Assembly (NCBI GenBank): GCA_051942205.1
Contig: JAVECO010000040.1
Coordinates: forward strand, 1-64,000
Direction: 5' to 3'
Source of the DNA: Coniocarpon cinnabarinum
Taxonomy: Eukaryota
DNA length: 64,000 nucleotides
The position numbers and the translations under genes were made by a program. Below, piece after piece: positions 27,443-40,381 of this stretch (the first letter of the stretch is position 1; every line of letters starts with the position of its first letter). Below the pieces are notes generated by a model. It worked only from the letters and a program-made list of their open reading frames with translations. It was not told where the DNA came from and ran no database searches.

Positions 27443-27487
<45 letters not shown>
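27443..27487. repeat. (CTA)15 microsatellite
   Basis: Read directly from the sequence. Confidence 0.97.
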
Positions 27488-27900
27488 TAGTGCCTTAAAC
27501 TTAATAATTATAATAACGATAACAACAATAAGAACAATAACAAGGTCTTATCTTAGTTAATTCCAACTAATTTCCGCTTCTCTACTACTAATATAGTAAC
27601 TAGTCATAGTCATGATTATAACTATAACCAACTAAAAGAGGTTATGATTGCATTGCATTATAACCAGTAACCTTATAATGAAACCACTTATTCAGAGTGA
27701 TACTCACAACCGACTGTTCGTAACCGACTATTAGGAACTGTTTTACTAGAACATTGGTAGTGGCATTCAAGTAAGTGGATGTGAGTAATGATACGAGTGC
27801 AGAGCTTCTTCTTTCATTTTGCGTTCTTTCAATTTGCGGTCTTGTATGTTGCGTTCTTTTATTTTGGGATGGGAAGAACTACGAAACTTTCGACTTGCAG

Positions 27901-27945
27901 TTCGAGTCAACTCCTTTCGAGTCCACTCCTTTCGAGTCAACTCCC
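27901..27945. repeat. 15-bp tandem repeat x3 (TTCGAGTCMACTCCY)
   Basis: Read directly from the sequence. Confidence 0.92.
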
Positions 27946-28547
27946 ACGTCTAGGTTTCAATCGAGATTTCCATAATTTCATTATTGATGGCTTCGTTATG
28001 TACCCCCTTTCTTTATACCTCCGTCTCATTGATGTAGTGTGGTCAGTGCTTGGGTCTAATTCGGTTGCAGTTCAACAGCGTGTACTACCTCTACTAATAA
28101 GAGGAGGAACCTAACCACAACCAGTAAACCATTAGCAACTAATGTATTACTAGTTGTAACTAAGGGGCACAGTAGCCTAGTATTAGAATAGCTGCCCGAC
28201 TCAGATATCTACACGTATATCTACGTGTATAGTGTATACCCACTTACACTACTATAACTACAACTACGCTATCTAAAGAAGGCTACGAGATTTCTTACTG
28301 CAACTGAATGAGGAAGAAACCTAATTACTGGGAAAATGGTTAACACTAATTAACCGTTATGAAACCGAAACACTGACTGCACTGCGTTGATGAGCAGAAG
28401 GCTTGTTGATGTTTATCAGACAGTCTGGGCATCCCGTCAGTCGTTAAACGGCCAAACTTTATTGCAGAGTCATGAATTGAATGGAATAGCGTATTAATTC
28501 CCTTTACACCAACTTAAGCCTTTACAGGTCATGATGATAGACGCGTC

Positions 28548-28640
28548 TTTCGAGATGCCATTAAGGTCAAGTTTCGTTATGCCATGAAGGTCAAGTTTCG
28601 AGATGCATTAAGGTCATCTTTCGAGATGCATTGAGTTCAG
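28548..28640. repeat. ~24-bp imperfect tandem repeat x4 (TTTCGAGATGCCATTAAGGTCAAG)
   Basis: Read directly from the sequence. Confidence 0.88.
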
Positions 28641-28969
28641 TACAGCTACCTTTCTGAAATGACGATTATTTCAGGCTCGTTCGGGACTGGATTCCTTTGA
28701 GTCATTGAGTCTGCTTCGTAACTTGAGAGCCGTTCTTTGATCGCGATATCGTGAGTTGCAGTATTGTACCTATCGCGATGCTGAAATGCGAAAGTGCTAG
28801 AGCATATCTGGGTCTTCCCTTCCCCCAATATCAAAGCCGTGGTTTTGAATTGCCTGCATTTCGAAAGCGTTTAGACTTTGAATTTCATTGGATTTAGAAT
28901 TGTGTTGGTTGGATTCATTGGTATGGAATTTGCAGTGGCGTGGAGTTTAGATTGTATTTAAACTCATGT

Positions 28970-29108
28970 TATATGAAGCCATTTACATGAAGCCATTGTA
29001 TGAATCTGGTTGTATGAATCTGGTTGTATAAATCCAGCTGTATAAATCCAGTTGTATGAATCAAGTTGTATGAATCCATTTGTATGAAGCCAATTGTGTG
29101 AATCCAAT
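28970..29108. repeat. 14-bp minisatellite x10 (TGTATGAATCCART-like)
   Basis: Units at 28970, 28984, 28997, 29011, 29025, 29039, 29053, 29067, 29081 and 29095. Confidence 0.92.
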
Positions 29109-29863
29109 GTGTCGAAACTAAATTAGACCACTTCAGAACGGCGTGGATCTCGAGTCACGCGTGAAGCGCTGAAGCGCGTCCAGTACGACCGCAGCCGTCC
29201 CCGTCTCGTACGATCCTCTTCGCAGACTGAGTCACTTGTAAGAAATTCGGCAAAAATCAGTGTAGTCAATGGTCCCGTTCGATAGTTTGGTTGAATTAAA
29301 CTATTACGATATCGGTTTACTAGTAATTTCAGTAATGCCACTTGACTATCACTATACTCAACTACAATTTTCTAGTGATTAATAGTTGAGTAATAGTGAT
29401 ATAAGTTTGATTCTTGCGCTCGTTGGTTATAGGAGCGCGCAGCTGAAGCAGAACTGGACCAAACCGAAGTATTGACGACTCTGGCGTGAATCAAACAATC
29501 CTCCGCGAATGCATTCATCGTATTTCACGCGATTCGGATTCAACGGGCTTTCCTCGTGGACTGCACTCACTGCATACATAGGATTCAATGCGATGACACG
29601 TTACTTGTGCTGAAACTCATTGAGCACGTCAGGACGGATGATGTCAATGTTGGACTTGACTTGCGTTTCGCTCTAGTGGTATCAAATCGTCTTCAGTTCC
29701 CTTCCCTTCCCTTCCCACTCCCCTCGCTCATCCCTCTCGCGCACTCCAACACGTCAATTACTAAACGCATTGAACGTCCACAACGACACATCGCCATTAC
29801 CTCCGTAAATGTCTCACTGCTACCGTCCTACACAGCCCAGCAGTTTCCACGCCAGGCTCCCCG

Positions 29864-32800
29864 TCATCCCCCCACCACACTCGCACAAATCCCCCTCACA
29901 TTCCCTTCCATGCCTTCCACCACCGTCCGCATTTCTCTCCCGCCATCCCGCTCCATCGCTACGCCGTACAACCGCCTCATCACGCCTTCGGCTCGTGCTC
30001 GCGCATTCCCCGCTAATACCTCCCCCGCAATGGCTTCACAGATGTCCTTGACGAGTTTCGGCGCCCGGCCATAGGCAGCCGCAAACTCCCCGTCGACAAG
30101 TTCACTGAGATAGCCGTACGCCCACGGTGCGGCCTCGTCGTCGTTCGTCACAGGGAGGGTATCCAACCATGCTTCAGCGATGGAGGGGAGGTTATCAATG
30201 CTCACCCCTAGTTTGGGACAGTGCATCAGCACCTTGGCAATAGCCGCACATGCATTCTCGGTCGCGTAAATATGCTCTTCAGATCTCGCAGCGGGGGAAT
30301 CACACGCCGCGAATAGCATAGGCAGACACGACGCCGCATACGAAGCCCACGGCGTGTCGTTGCCGCCGAATTGCGCAGCAACGCCAACGCCATAGCAAGC
30401 CGCCTGCCGATTCGCGGCGTTCGGGTCTTTCAACCCGACATCCAGAGCCGGTCGAATATACTCATTCATGAACTCGACGGTCGCAGAACTCGGCCAAAAC
30501 TCCAGCGCGTCATCGTAAATACAAAGCGCCCACTGTCGCATCGTCGCGTCTGCCGGATTCATCGCAAACGTCTGATAGAAGGGCAGTAATCTCCGCCAGT
30601 AGGGTAGGAACGATAGTTTCTGATATTTCGCCATGTTGTGAAAGGCTTTGTTCATGTCTGAAAGCAGATTCGCGTCGTCTTCGATCGCGAGCTGCATTTC
30701 CTCTGAATCTTCGTCGTCGTTTTCCCATTCGGCGTCGGCGGGGTTGGAAGAGGAGGCGGTAGCATTGGGGGCGATGCCGTTGGGTTTGCTGGAGATGACG
30801 GGTGAGTCGGCACCATTGCGCTCGTCGGCACGCTCTTTGACGCGGCCTTGATACTCTTCGAGGGCGACTTTGGCGACGTCGATGAAGCGCGACATGTGAT
30901 CTTCCGAGAGGCAGTTGTCACCCATGACTTCGAGGCATTCGTAGAAGCACTCGTAGATTTCGGCGAGGTTTTCCACTTGTGGTTCTTCTTTCAGGGCGTC
31001 CAGGATTTTGTCGATGACACGGGCCCAGAGCTCGACGGTCCCGGCATCTTGAAGACCGTGGGCTTCTTTGTAGGCGTTGAGGAGTTTAGGGATGGCCTCG
31101 GCAGCGGCCGCGCGAACCGGGTCGTGGAAGAAGAATGTGAGGGATTGCAACACCACTTGGTCCATCAGCTCTTTGACGTACGGTTCGAAAGCGCCACCGA
31201 GGTTGTGGGCGTAGACAGAAATCAGCTCGATTGCAGTGTGTTTGTCGTCCATGACGGCGGTGTTGATGCGGATGAATTTGCCTTTAAGCGGGACCAGCTC
31301 AAAGCCTTCGTCGCCCTCATATTGCGCCGCTTCAGCCTCGTCATCGAGCATTTGGATGTCGGCCTTGGCAGACGCCATGGTCATGAGGGGCGGCATAACG
31401 CGAGGGAGATAGGGAAGAAAATCGCGGCCCATGACACGACACATGCGACCCCAGGAGTGGAGCAGGTAGTTGGCTTGCGGATCGTCAGAGTCTGTAATGC
31501 TGTTTTGGATAGTGTCGAGGATCTGCATCATGGTGATGGCGTCTTGGCCCATCTTCTCACGACCTACGGCGAGAGCGATGAGCGTTGCACATTCCATGGC
31601 TTTGGATTTGATGAGGCGTGTTTCCTTTTCTTGTGGGGCTTGAAGTGCGGAGATCATCAGGGGCATCAGGACGTCGTAGTATTGGGAGAAGGCGGCTTCG
31701 GCGGAGTCAGCCACGGTGGCGATTGTGGAGAGGGCTTGTTCTTGAACGTATTTCTCGGGGCGTTGTAGTAGTGCGTGAAGGCGGGTGAGTAGCTCGGGGA
31801 GGAATGGTTGCAGGACTTCGCTTTCCGCTTCTTCGCAGAAATTGACCAAAGCGGCGGCGGCATGAGACTGGACTCGTGATTCGGGTGCTTCGAGGACTTT
31901 GGTAAGGGCAGGCACGACGCGTTCGGCGTACTTTTCTTGCATAGTTCCTGCAAAATCTGTACTCATCTGCCCCAGCGCATTGCAGCCTGCCCACCGAACC
32001 CGAGGATGCGCATCACCCAACGTGGGCATAATGAGATTCAACACTTGATCCAGTTGTTCCTCCATCAGGTCTTTGCACCCTTCGGAGATGGCAGAGATGG
32101 CCATCAAAGCAGCGTGCTTTTCTTGCCATGACGAAGAGTTTAACATTTTGGGCATCCACTCAAATGTGGGCGGTAGCAACGTTGGACCACCAAGCTTGTT
32201 TGCCAGCCGGTCCATCGTTTGTTCGCCCGCAACGTGGTTCGCGTCGCTCTCGTCCTGGTCCAGCTGATGGAGAGTCAGTCGTCTTCGTCTCACGCGAGAT
32301 TGCTGTCCGATTCAACTCACATCTTCTGCTTCGTTCCACGCGGATGCATCTTCATCTCCGGCCCCTACATCGGCCATTAGAGCTAAGCATTGCATGACCA
32401 TCTCCGTGGTGTAGTTGGAATCCCGCTTGCACATGGCTGGCGCGTTGTCCGCAAACGTGGCCATCAATTCGAGTGCGTTCTGACGAGCTGTGTCACTGAG
32501 CTCCTTGTCTTTGACGATTCCAATGGAGAACGTGACAAGATCATGAAAGTGGTCCTTGAACATCTTCGGTGAGAACTCGGCCAGCACGATCACAGCCAGT
32601 ATCGCTCGTGTGAGGTGGTCCTCGTCCGGGGAGTTGCGGACGCTTGGCAGAATGGAGAGAATTTCGGGAAGGAGATACTGATATTTCTTTTGGGCGTTTT
32701 TGTTGAGCTGTTCGAAGAAGGACGAGAATGCCTCCATTGCTGCAAGGCGAACCTGTTGGAGTTCAGTATGCCTGTTGCGTCAATTCTGCACGATGCGAGT

Positions 32801-33544
32801 GATTACGCACAGACAGATCCGAGTCTTTAAAACCTTGTTGAAAGACACCCATGACTGCTTGCTCATGCTCTTTCTCGATGATTTCAGGAGTGGTAGAAAA
32901 TACTCGGAAAGCAGCTGACCGTTGACCGGGGTCTGTCGATCGCGAAAGGCCGCTCAATGTCATGAGTAGTTCATTCCAGGGTTCGTCTGTACCGAGAGAA
33001 AAGACTCTGTCAGCACAAGAGTCGAGCCTGATCTGAGCGCACTCCGTGAGCTGGCATACCTTGATCTTTATACTGACGTGCAATCTCTGCCACCGCATCA
33101 CCAATCTTGTCTCGAACGGTGTTGACTTGCTCCTGCTGCAAACATTCCAGCAACTTGGATCTTGTGAAGTCTTTGGTCCGCTGCGACAGCGTTCTGTAGA
33201 GATCGATGGTCACGTCTTCACCATCCTCGGTCTTGATCTTCTTGTTCTTGTTTGACATGCGGCGAAAGAGGACGGCGGCAAAAGTACGTGTCTGAGGAGG
33301 CGCTTTGGGTCAGAGTATGATCGTCTCCCACAGGGCGCGCAAGACGACTCACAGCGGGATCTGGCGAGCGCTGAATCTGCTCCGCAAGGCCCACCAGCAA
33401 CGCGTCAGGCTGTGCATCGAGCCACTGAGAATTCAAGGCCGACTCGGCGTCGGTACGCTGGACGTTATCTGGATTTTGCAAAGCCTGCAGGAGCTGCGAC
33501 AGCTGCGCCGCCTTCGCATCGTCGCCTAGAATTGACTGCGCCAT
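29864..33544 (-). CDS. PSE1: Importin beta-3 / karyopherin Kap121, multi-exon
   Basis: HEAT-repeat protein with RQNALELMATFAD, HAALMAISAISEGC, HPRVRWAGCNALGQMSTDF, RVQSHAAAALVNFCE and ATENACAAIAK motifs. Confidence 0.93.
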
Positions 33545-34049
33545 TTTTGTCAAATTTCGGAATATGCTCAGTGCAACAATATGGGCTGCAATGGCTTCGG
33601 CGCTTGACGCGCAGGCATATGCGGTGCAACCTCAGACCTGAGCGGGTAGATGAACCTGAAGTGTTTGGAGTCAGCAAACACGCGCTCGCACGCGTAAATA
33701 ATTGTCGAAACAGAACAAGGGCGTGGGCGTGGAGGGAGGAGGGGCGATGGGGGCAGAGAAGACGTGTCCACGACACAAATTATTTTCTACAAAGATGGCA
33801 CGGTGGACGCTGATTGGCGGGGAGGAGCAATGATTTTCCTGGGGCGTGTTTTGCAACCCTGTCAACTTTTCGCCCAAGGGGAGCATGTGACAGGATATCC
33901 TAGGCAGGGTTGGACATATCTCTCCTGTCTCGTGACCTAGATTATTCTTATCACGAGTCGATTTCACGTGACAGGGCATCTGGCTCACGTGTAGCCCAAA
34001 AGGGCAATCCCCAGGGGAAGGTCTGGGTCACGAGACTCACATTTCTCCT

Positions 34050-34669
34050 CGGCATATTACTTTCGTGTACATCCGAAAATCTGTAATTACTAATATATAC
34101 ATCGATATTATTAAAATAACTACAATATACGGATATATATATACCTGTTATAGTAGTAAATTTAGAAAATATTAATATAACTATTATATACATCTACTTA
34201 CGTGCAAGTATTTTTGTCTAAGGTTTAAGATATTATAAGTAGCTATATAGCTTAAATCTATAAGATATATATAATATTTATATAATATACATATAACGTC
34301 TATATAATATGTATGTAACCTAGATATATAATAGAGACTAGTAGTAAGTAATATAATACTATATTCTAGTGTATCTAGCTAAGAAAAAGAGATGATAATT
34401 TATATATATAGCCCTTATTATATTATATAAGCGTGTATAATTAATATATATCTAGAACGCGTTAAGCACGTACTAATACCTTAAAATTAAGAATATAATA
34501 GTAGCGTATAATCGCATATAAGTAGATATATACAATAGTTATATTAATATTTTTTAAATTTACTACTATAATAGGTATGTACATATCCGTATATTGCAGT
34601 TATCCCAATAATATCGATGTATATGACAGTAATTTCCAACATGTTTATGTACACGAAAGTAATATGCCG
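34050..34669. mobile_element. Non-autonomous TIR element (Mutator/MULE-like MITE), RIP-mutated
   Basis: ~156-bp TIRs at 34050-34205 and 34514-34669; outer 23 bp perfect (CGGCATATTACTTTCGTGTACAT). 10-bp target-site duplication CATTTCTCCT at 34040-34049 and 34670-34679. Interior extremely AT/TpA-rich. Confidence 0.9.
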
Positions 34670-35129
34670 CATTTCTCCTCTCCGAGGGTCTTTGTCTGGC
34701 TTTGGCTTCCTCACTCCTACAGATCCTCCCACATGTTCAGTTGCATCACGTTGCGGGCGTAATTGCGCCGGGACAGCTTGGTGTCATGTCACACCAAGTA
34801 GGGCGCCGTAGCTATGCGCACCTTGAGCACTCACCACGCCCTGCAATTGGCTCTTTTGATACGCGTCCCAGCCTTAGAATGTGTGCAGCAATACAGCCCA
34901 CTCGCTCCTGGATTCGCAGCTGCAGCCGGAGGTGCGCAGCTGCTCTAAGACGTATTCGCAAGACGAGCTGGATGTTGTTTGCGCTGACCAACTTCGCGCT
35001 CCGGGACGGGAAAGCATCCTCGACTGGGGCGCCTACTTGTCGTTCTGCAGCGCTAGTGACAGCGCACATGTCGGGAGCAGCACATTGATGCCTTCCAAGG
35101 CCTTTTCGACCGCCATGAAAGGACAGACA

Positions 35130-36737
35130 TTACCTTCCAACATCGGTCTGCATCAAGACATGTAAATGACGTGCCAATCTTCCGCTGACGTCACCTTGTC
35201 GAACGGCCTTTGGCATCTGTGTGGTCTTGTGCCGATTGCCTTCGAAAAGTCTCTGGATGTCAGAACGTGCAAAAACACCAGAGGTCGACAAATGAGGGTG
35301 AGCTGGATTGTCCATGGGTTCAAACAAAAATCTCTCCAGCCCGGCGACCGTGCATTCCCGAGCTTGCACATCGATGAGGCTGTTGCATCTGATTGACGCA
35401 AGTAGCTTGCGATATGGTCAGCCAACATTGTGTAGGATTGCATATGCCCCCATGGCCCTTACGAATGACACCGCGACCGCGACCCACACTGTACGAAATG
35501 ATCAGCGCGGACTATTTGCTGGCACAACATCGTTCTGAATACGTACTTCGAACGTCTTGAGTCGATACACCTAGTACATCGACATTGCATTAGCCTTGAA
35601 CATGTTGTGGCAACTTTCGAGAACTTGCATGAACGCGTAATTATTGCGAACGCCTGATTGTTGGGAAGAGGATTATGGAGGACCACCTTTGAACTTACTG
35701 CAAGCTCCTCTTCGAAACTCAATAGTATTGGGTCCCTCGAGGACATTCACGAAGTTGAAACCAAAATTCCTCCAAACAAACGCCTCACGGGGTTGTATTT
35801 GATCCAGCAGCTTTCGCACCGATCCAGCGTCTTCGATAATCTGCAGACTCTCTTGGCGCGAAAACCCTTTCCTAGCGAGGTTTCTGTTGTCCAAATAGTT
35901 AGAGCGAGCGAACTTGTTTCCCCGGCGAGCATTGGGCATAACAGCTTCCCATGCGGGTTCCCAATAGACTGCAGCTTGGGCAATCCGCTTCAGATCGGTC
36001 AGCTCGAAGTGGCGCTGCAGTGAAAAATGCACATGCGTTGCGCATTTGTTGCTTTCGAAAACTCTATATTCTCTGAAGATCCATCCAGTGAGTGCATCAA
36101 CCCTCGGAGATGAAGTTAGCTGGGGAATTGTTCACAGCATTTACATTCTTCCAGACGCATACATAGAATGCCATCGAGCGGGAGCTATTACTGGTGACAC
36201 AATTTCAACAGGCCCTAAGTGGCGTTAGAGTGAAGGTAGCCAGAGCTTTCGCGGCTGCGGAGCTGCTCGGAAGTGCAATGAGGAGCCATCTGACTACTCA
36301 CAAGGTGGGCGCTCTGGCGCATCTCCCGGCCGTAGCGAAAAGTCGTGGGTCAGGCTCCAGTATTCATACCGCTCCGATCCAGGCAGGTTTCCAGGACGGA
36401 TGTAATTTACCATATCCGGTCCAGCGCCTTCAGGCTTGGACATGTTGAAATGATTTGCTAATTCCTCAGCAAAATCTCGGCACGTTCTGGCTCTCCTGTA
36501 GAAGCGCATTCCTGTTGGCGACCTGAAGTGGAAAGATCGCGAAGATAGGATGCGTCTTGTCAGGAACGACTCCATCTCGAAGCCAAAACGATACTGGTAG
36601 TCCTGCGCCGGTTCGGCAAGCTCACTACCTGGATGTGGTGTCTGATTCTCTGGCTTTTGCACAAAAGCATGAGGACGAGGGCTGACGCCAAGTCGCTGCA
36701 ATACGGTCCGCACAGACTCAGATCTTGAATGCGACAT
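35130..36737 (-). CDS. Putative amidoligase (Amidoligase_2 / COOH-NH2 ligase-like) protein, ~6 exons
   Basis: FGFEMES, WSLTHDFSL, PVEIVSP, CATHVHFS, FNFVN..TIEFRR and W.AVAVSF motifs join in frame using canonical introns, including 24- and 26-nt micro-exons. Confidence 0.75.
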
Positions 36738-38434
36738 ATCACATCCCAACGTGATCGAGTCATGTGCACAGATGTGCAATGCAACAAGCTGGAGTTGAGG
36801 CGAATGAAACGTCACTGGTAAGTATGACACAACCCCTGTAAGGACACATGGACATCAAATTTGCAAGCGATTCGTCTTCAAATTGGTCTCTCGGTAATAA
36901 TCACCATTCGCAGCAAATTTTGTCCTAACATTCCTATCAAAGCTAGAGTCTCATGATGCACTGCTAGTAAAGTCTACTGTGAGAGTGTGTCAATGTCTAT
37001 TGGCAACGCGGTCAGCCTCTCCAGGTCGCGCACATGACTCGAGTCGACCATTGCTCATGATATTGAGTTACGAGGAAGAAGTGATCCTTCTTATTTTGCG
37101 CATATCTCTAGCATGTGATCCTAATAGTGTCCGAAAATAATTGTTGCACTCGGAACCGAATGCACGATGCGTGACGACTTCTCTATCATCAGAGACATTC
37201 TTACGCTTGGCTTACTGTTACTTATTCATATCTGGTCGCTGAGTGGTGTAGATCTAACTGCCATCTTATTGACTTCCAGTACGAACTTATGCCCGACCTA
37301 CATTGACCTACTGAATATTCGACCCTCTCCCTGAGTAGAAGTTTCGACTATCTGTCTGTTCTCTTTCATCTTCGGCGCGTAGACTGACAGTTTCAAGCCG
37401 CTTTCTTGGGACCATTGGCGGAATTTCGCGCCAGAAAACGCTGCAATACAACGTGCACAGCACTAGAGACAAATCATACACAGCCTTAGAACAATTATCG
37501 CTATGAGGCGTCCTCGTTCTAGGCTGGTCAAAGCCTGAATGCCCTGCGCCACACCTTAGCTCCTATTTGGATCCATTGGATGGTGTGAGAAAAAGTATCT
37601 GGCTTTACCACAGTTTCCAAAATGCCTGAGATGGCGTTCGGATGGGTTGTAGAGCTCGTCTCTTGGACTGCTCGAGCTAAAGGTGAGCTCCATCCCTACG
37701 GTGGACATCTTGAGATGACCGGAGTATAATAGATCCAAGGATTCACTCCAATCGCCAGGCGCAATATTGTCGTAACTCCCGAAGCTGTGCGTTGCCTTGC
37801 GGGACGATTGTATGCAGTGCCAGCATGATAAGGCGGGCTCTTTTTGCCTGATAGACCCTGAACAGCCTTGTTACCAAATACGGCTGTGCACGTGGTCTAG
37901 TGTCTAACGTCTGCAAGCCACGCTCACAGCCAGCCTTCTGCCTGCTCCACACTCCCACGTTCGAGTGGCACGCCGAAGAGCCATTCCCCTTCCCTCACTG
38001 TGCTCTCTTTAATCCTGTCAGTGTTAGCAGCTTTCTACTAAGTATTTCAGTTCCCACTATAGGTCGTTTTTCAGGTCTAGACTTCGCAGCAATCCCTGAG
38101 AGCTGGCATACGATCCGATCCTAGACCGATCAAATCGTTTTTTGACGCCTATTGCCTGCGCGAGGTCATTTACAGATGCATGTAGCAACCCCGCTTGTGC
38201 ATGTGTCATACGCCCCGCGTGAGTGGATCTGCACTGACCGACCATAAGCTCTGCCTTAGACATACATTCTGGCCCACTTGATCGATGCCTACGAATGCTC
38301 CATGATTCAAGATAGCCTCGTTCCCATTTCAGAACTCTCAGCTGGTATTATCAGGCAAAATGCGGCCCAAAATCCAAACTTCATTATGAATGTGATTGCC
38401 ATCGTTTGCACTCCGCAATCTTCTTTCGTCCTTT

Positions 38435-40381
38435 ATGGCTGTTTCATCAAAGCCCGACGCTACGACCAAAGGCGCGGCGTTTTTGAGGTCGACTAAGGGC
38501 AATACAGACAAAGTGTCCCAGCAACCGCGAAAGAATATATCAGCAATTGATGAGCGTAACTCGGACCCGAACGTATCTCGAACATGGTCACCTCCACTCA
38601 AGTCTTCGCTCATAAATATTTGGAGCGCCAGCGAGTTCGAGAGGCATGCGTCGAACTCGAACAACTTCTCAAACGTCGGCTCATGTGTGGATTGCCTACG
38701 ATTGAGCCCGGATCAGGGACAATGGCTGTCTATGAATGACAGAGACCTTTCGCAACTACTCCAGGTTCGTGATAATGATCTGCTTTCTGTCCCTCACTTA
38801 CACTTGTGCAGAATGTCTCTCCAGTATCGGGCTTAAAAGGGGAGACCTTAATATTGTGAGATAAAAGCAAAGAAACTTGTAATGATTCGGTGGACTAAAG
38901 CTCCTAGTTTCTGCCCTCTGACGCCTGCATTCGAAACATCGTTCGGAGTACGGACAAGCCTGTCTTTGCAAGGCATCGGAACATTGTTCGATACATTTGA
39001 CATCAACCAGCCGTTTTTGCCTAATTTACTGGGCAGGCCCGATCATTGGGCGCCGTATCATCATATCAGTCGGGATGGCAATGGTAACATAGAGACCTAT
39101 GGTATGTCCACACATTTTCGTGAGGGAGAATGGCAATGGCTTGACGAGCATACCAGATCTATCGCTGCAGCATCCACGTTGGGACCTGCAGAAACCAGGC
39201 ACTCCGTTATCTCTGTATATGAAATACAAAGGAGCCCTGAACAGGACAGTATACGTGATTGCTCACAAACAGGATGACGACAGCATTGCTACTTTGCGCT
39301 CGCTTCTGAACACGCATACGATGTCGTTTAAGAACCGCCAGTCAGCTGGCCTCGAGCTGGACCCACTTGATATCCATGGCACCCTTGCAGGTCTCAACTT
39401 CCATTCTTCAGAGTCTCATGTAAGCACTCTGGAGAAATCCATGTGGCAACAGGTATAAAACCCTTCTTGTGGGTTATTCCATGCAATCGAAGCTGACTGA
39501 AATACTCTGGGTTCCAGTTTGCCAAGGTCGATGATTACTTTGACAACAGCATTACCCTCAAAAACCGAGCGAGCCTTGAGCTCCTCACCAAAGACCTGCA
39601 GGTCATATCCTCTGACATCGATTCGCACTTGGCAAATGCTGAGATCGCCAGTATCAACATCCACGCTATTCGTCGAGCGCAAAAGATCATTAGCCCGGAC
39701 ACAAGTTCTACAAATACCTCTTCAGGTACCGCCAGTGGTCTCGATTACATCAGCAGCTCCATGGAAAAACAAAAGATGTGGCTGGGAAACTACAAGAACA
39801 GCAAAGACGCCAACATGGGACTCGTTTTCAATCTCGTCACTCAGCAGAACGCGACAAACAACATGGACGTCGCGCTGGACATGAAGAAGGACTCTATTAG
39901 CATGCACGCCATTGCGACGTTGACCATGGTCTTTCTTCCGGGGACGTTCACCGCCACAATGCTGAGTGCTGGTATCTTCACCGCCGTGGCTGGGACGAGT
40001 GCCGGTGTGGCTGTCTCGAGTATCTGGTGGCTGTGGGTCGCCATTACCGTGCCCTTGACTTTGGGTGTCATCGTGTGCTGGTACATCTTCCAGCACTTGC
40101 AGAACAAGCGCATGCGGGACAAACGAATGCAAGGGACCAACGATGTTTCAAGTGCTCAGAAAGACGCTGCGCGAACTGCCGAATGCCTCCCATTTCAGCT
40201 TCCTCTTGCGTCGCAGCGTTATGCGAACGACGAACATCAAGGCATGGCTAACCGGCGTAACGGCATCAATCATCGACGTGCTCAGGCTACAGCAGAGGTT
40301 AAACAATTAGGCGCTTCGGTCTCTGTGCAGGGGCTCGAGCAATCGACAAACGGCAGTTACAACTCGGGCGTTTCCAAGTAG
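38435..40381 (+). CDS. Fungal protein with a C-terminal CorA-like two-helix membrane domain, 5 exons
   Basis: KKDSISMHAIATLTMVFLPGTFTAT..WWLWVAITVPLT motif. ORFs 38396, 38882, 39099 and 39629 link in frame through four GT-AG introns. Confidence 0.78.

Larger units (their letters stand above)
26480..29420. mobile_element. AT-rich degenerate repeat/transposon relic, family unassigned
   Basis: Drop in GC, TpA enrichment, no credible ORF, and several internal tandem repeats. Boundaries are approximate. Confidence 0.55.

Noticed and set aside
27775..28114. ORFs 27775..27975 and 27788..28114 as genes
   Set aside because: They lie in the degenerate repeat block; the FESTP repeats come from a 15-bp DNA repeat and there is no recognisable domain.
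28548..29108. Short repeat arrays as a CRISPR array
   Set aside because: Units are directly adjacent without unique spacers, the context is eukaryotic, and there are no cas genes.
34777..34800. Hairpin CTTGGTGT/ACACCAAG as a Helitron 3' end
   Set aside because: No CTRR terminus at the expected distance and no matching 5' end found.
35571..35700. Possible stwintron (nested GT-AG plus GC-AG signals) in the amidoligase gene
   Set aside because: A single ordinary intron GTAAGT..GCTAAT..TAG already restores the frame.
36850..38300. Starship captain or other gene in the ORF-poor gap
   Set aside because: Only short ORFs with many stops; no tyrosine-recombinase or other motif recognised.
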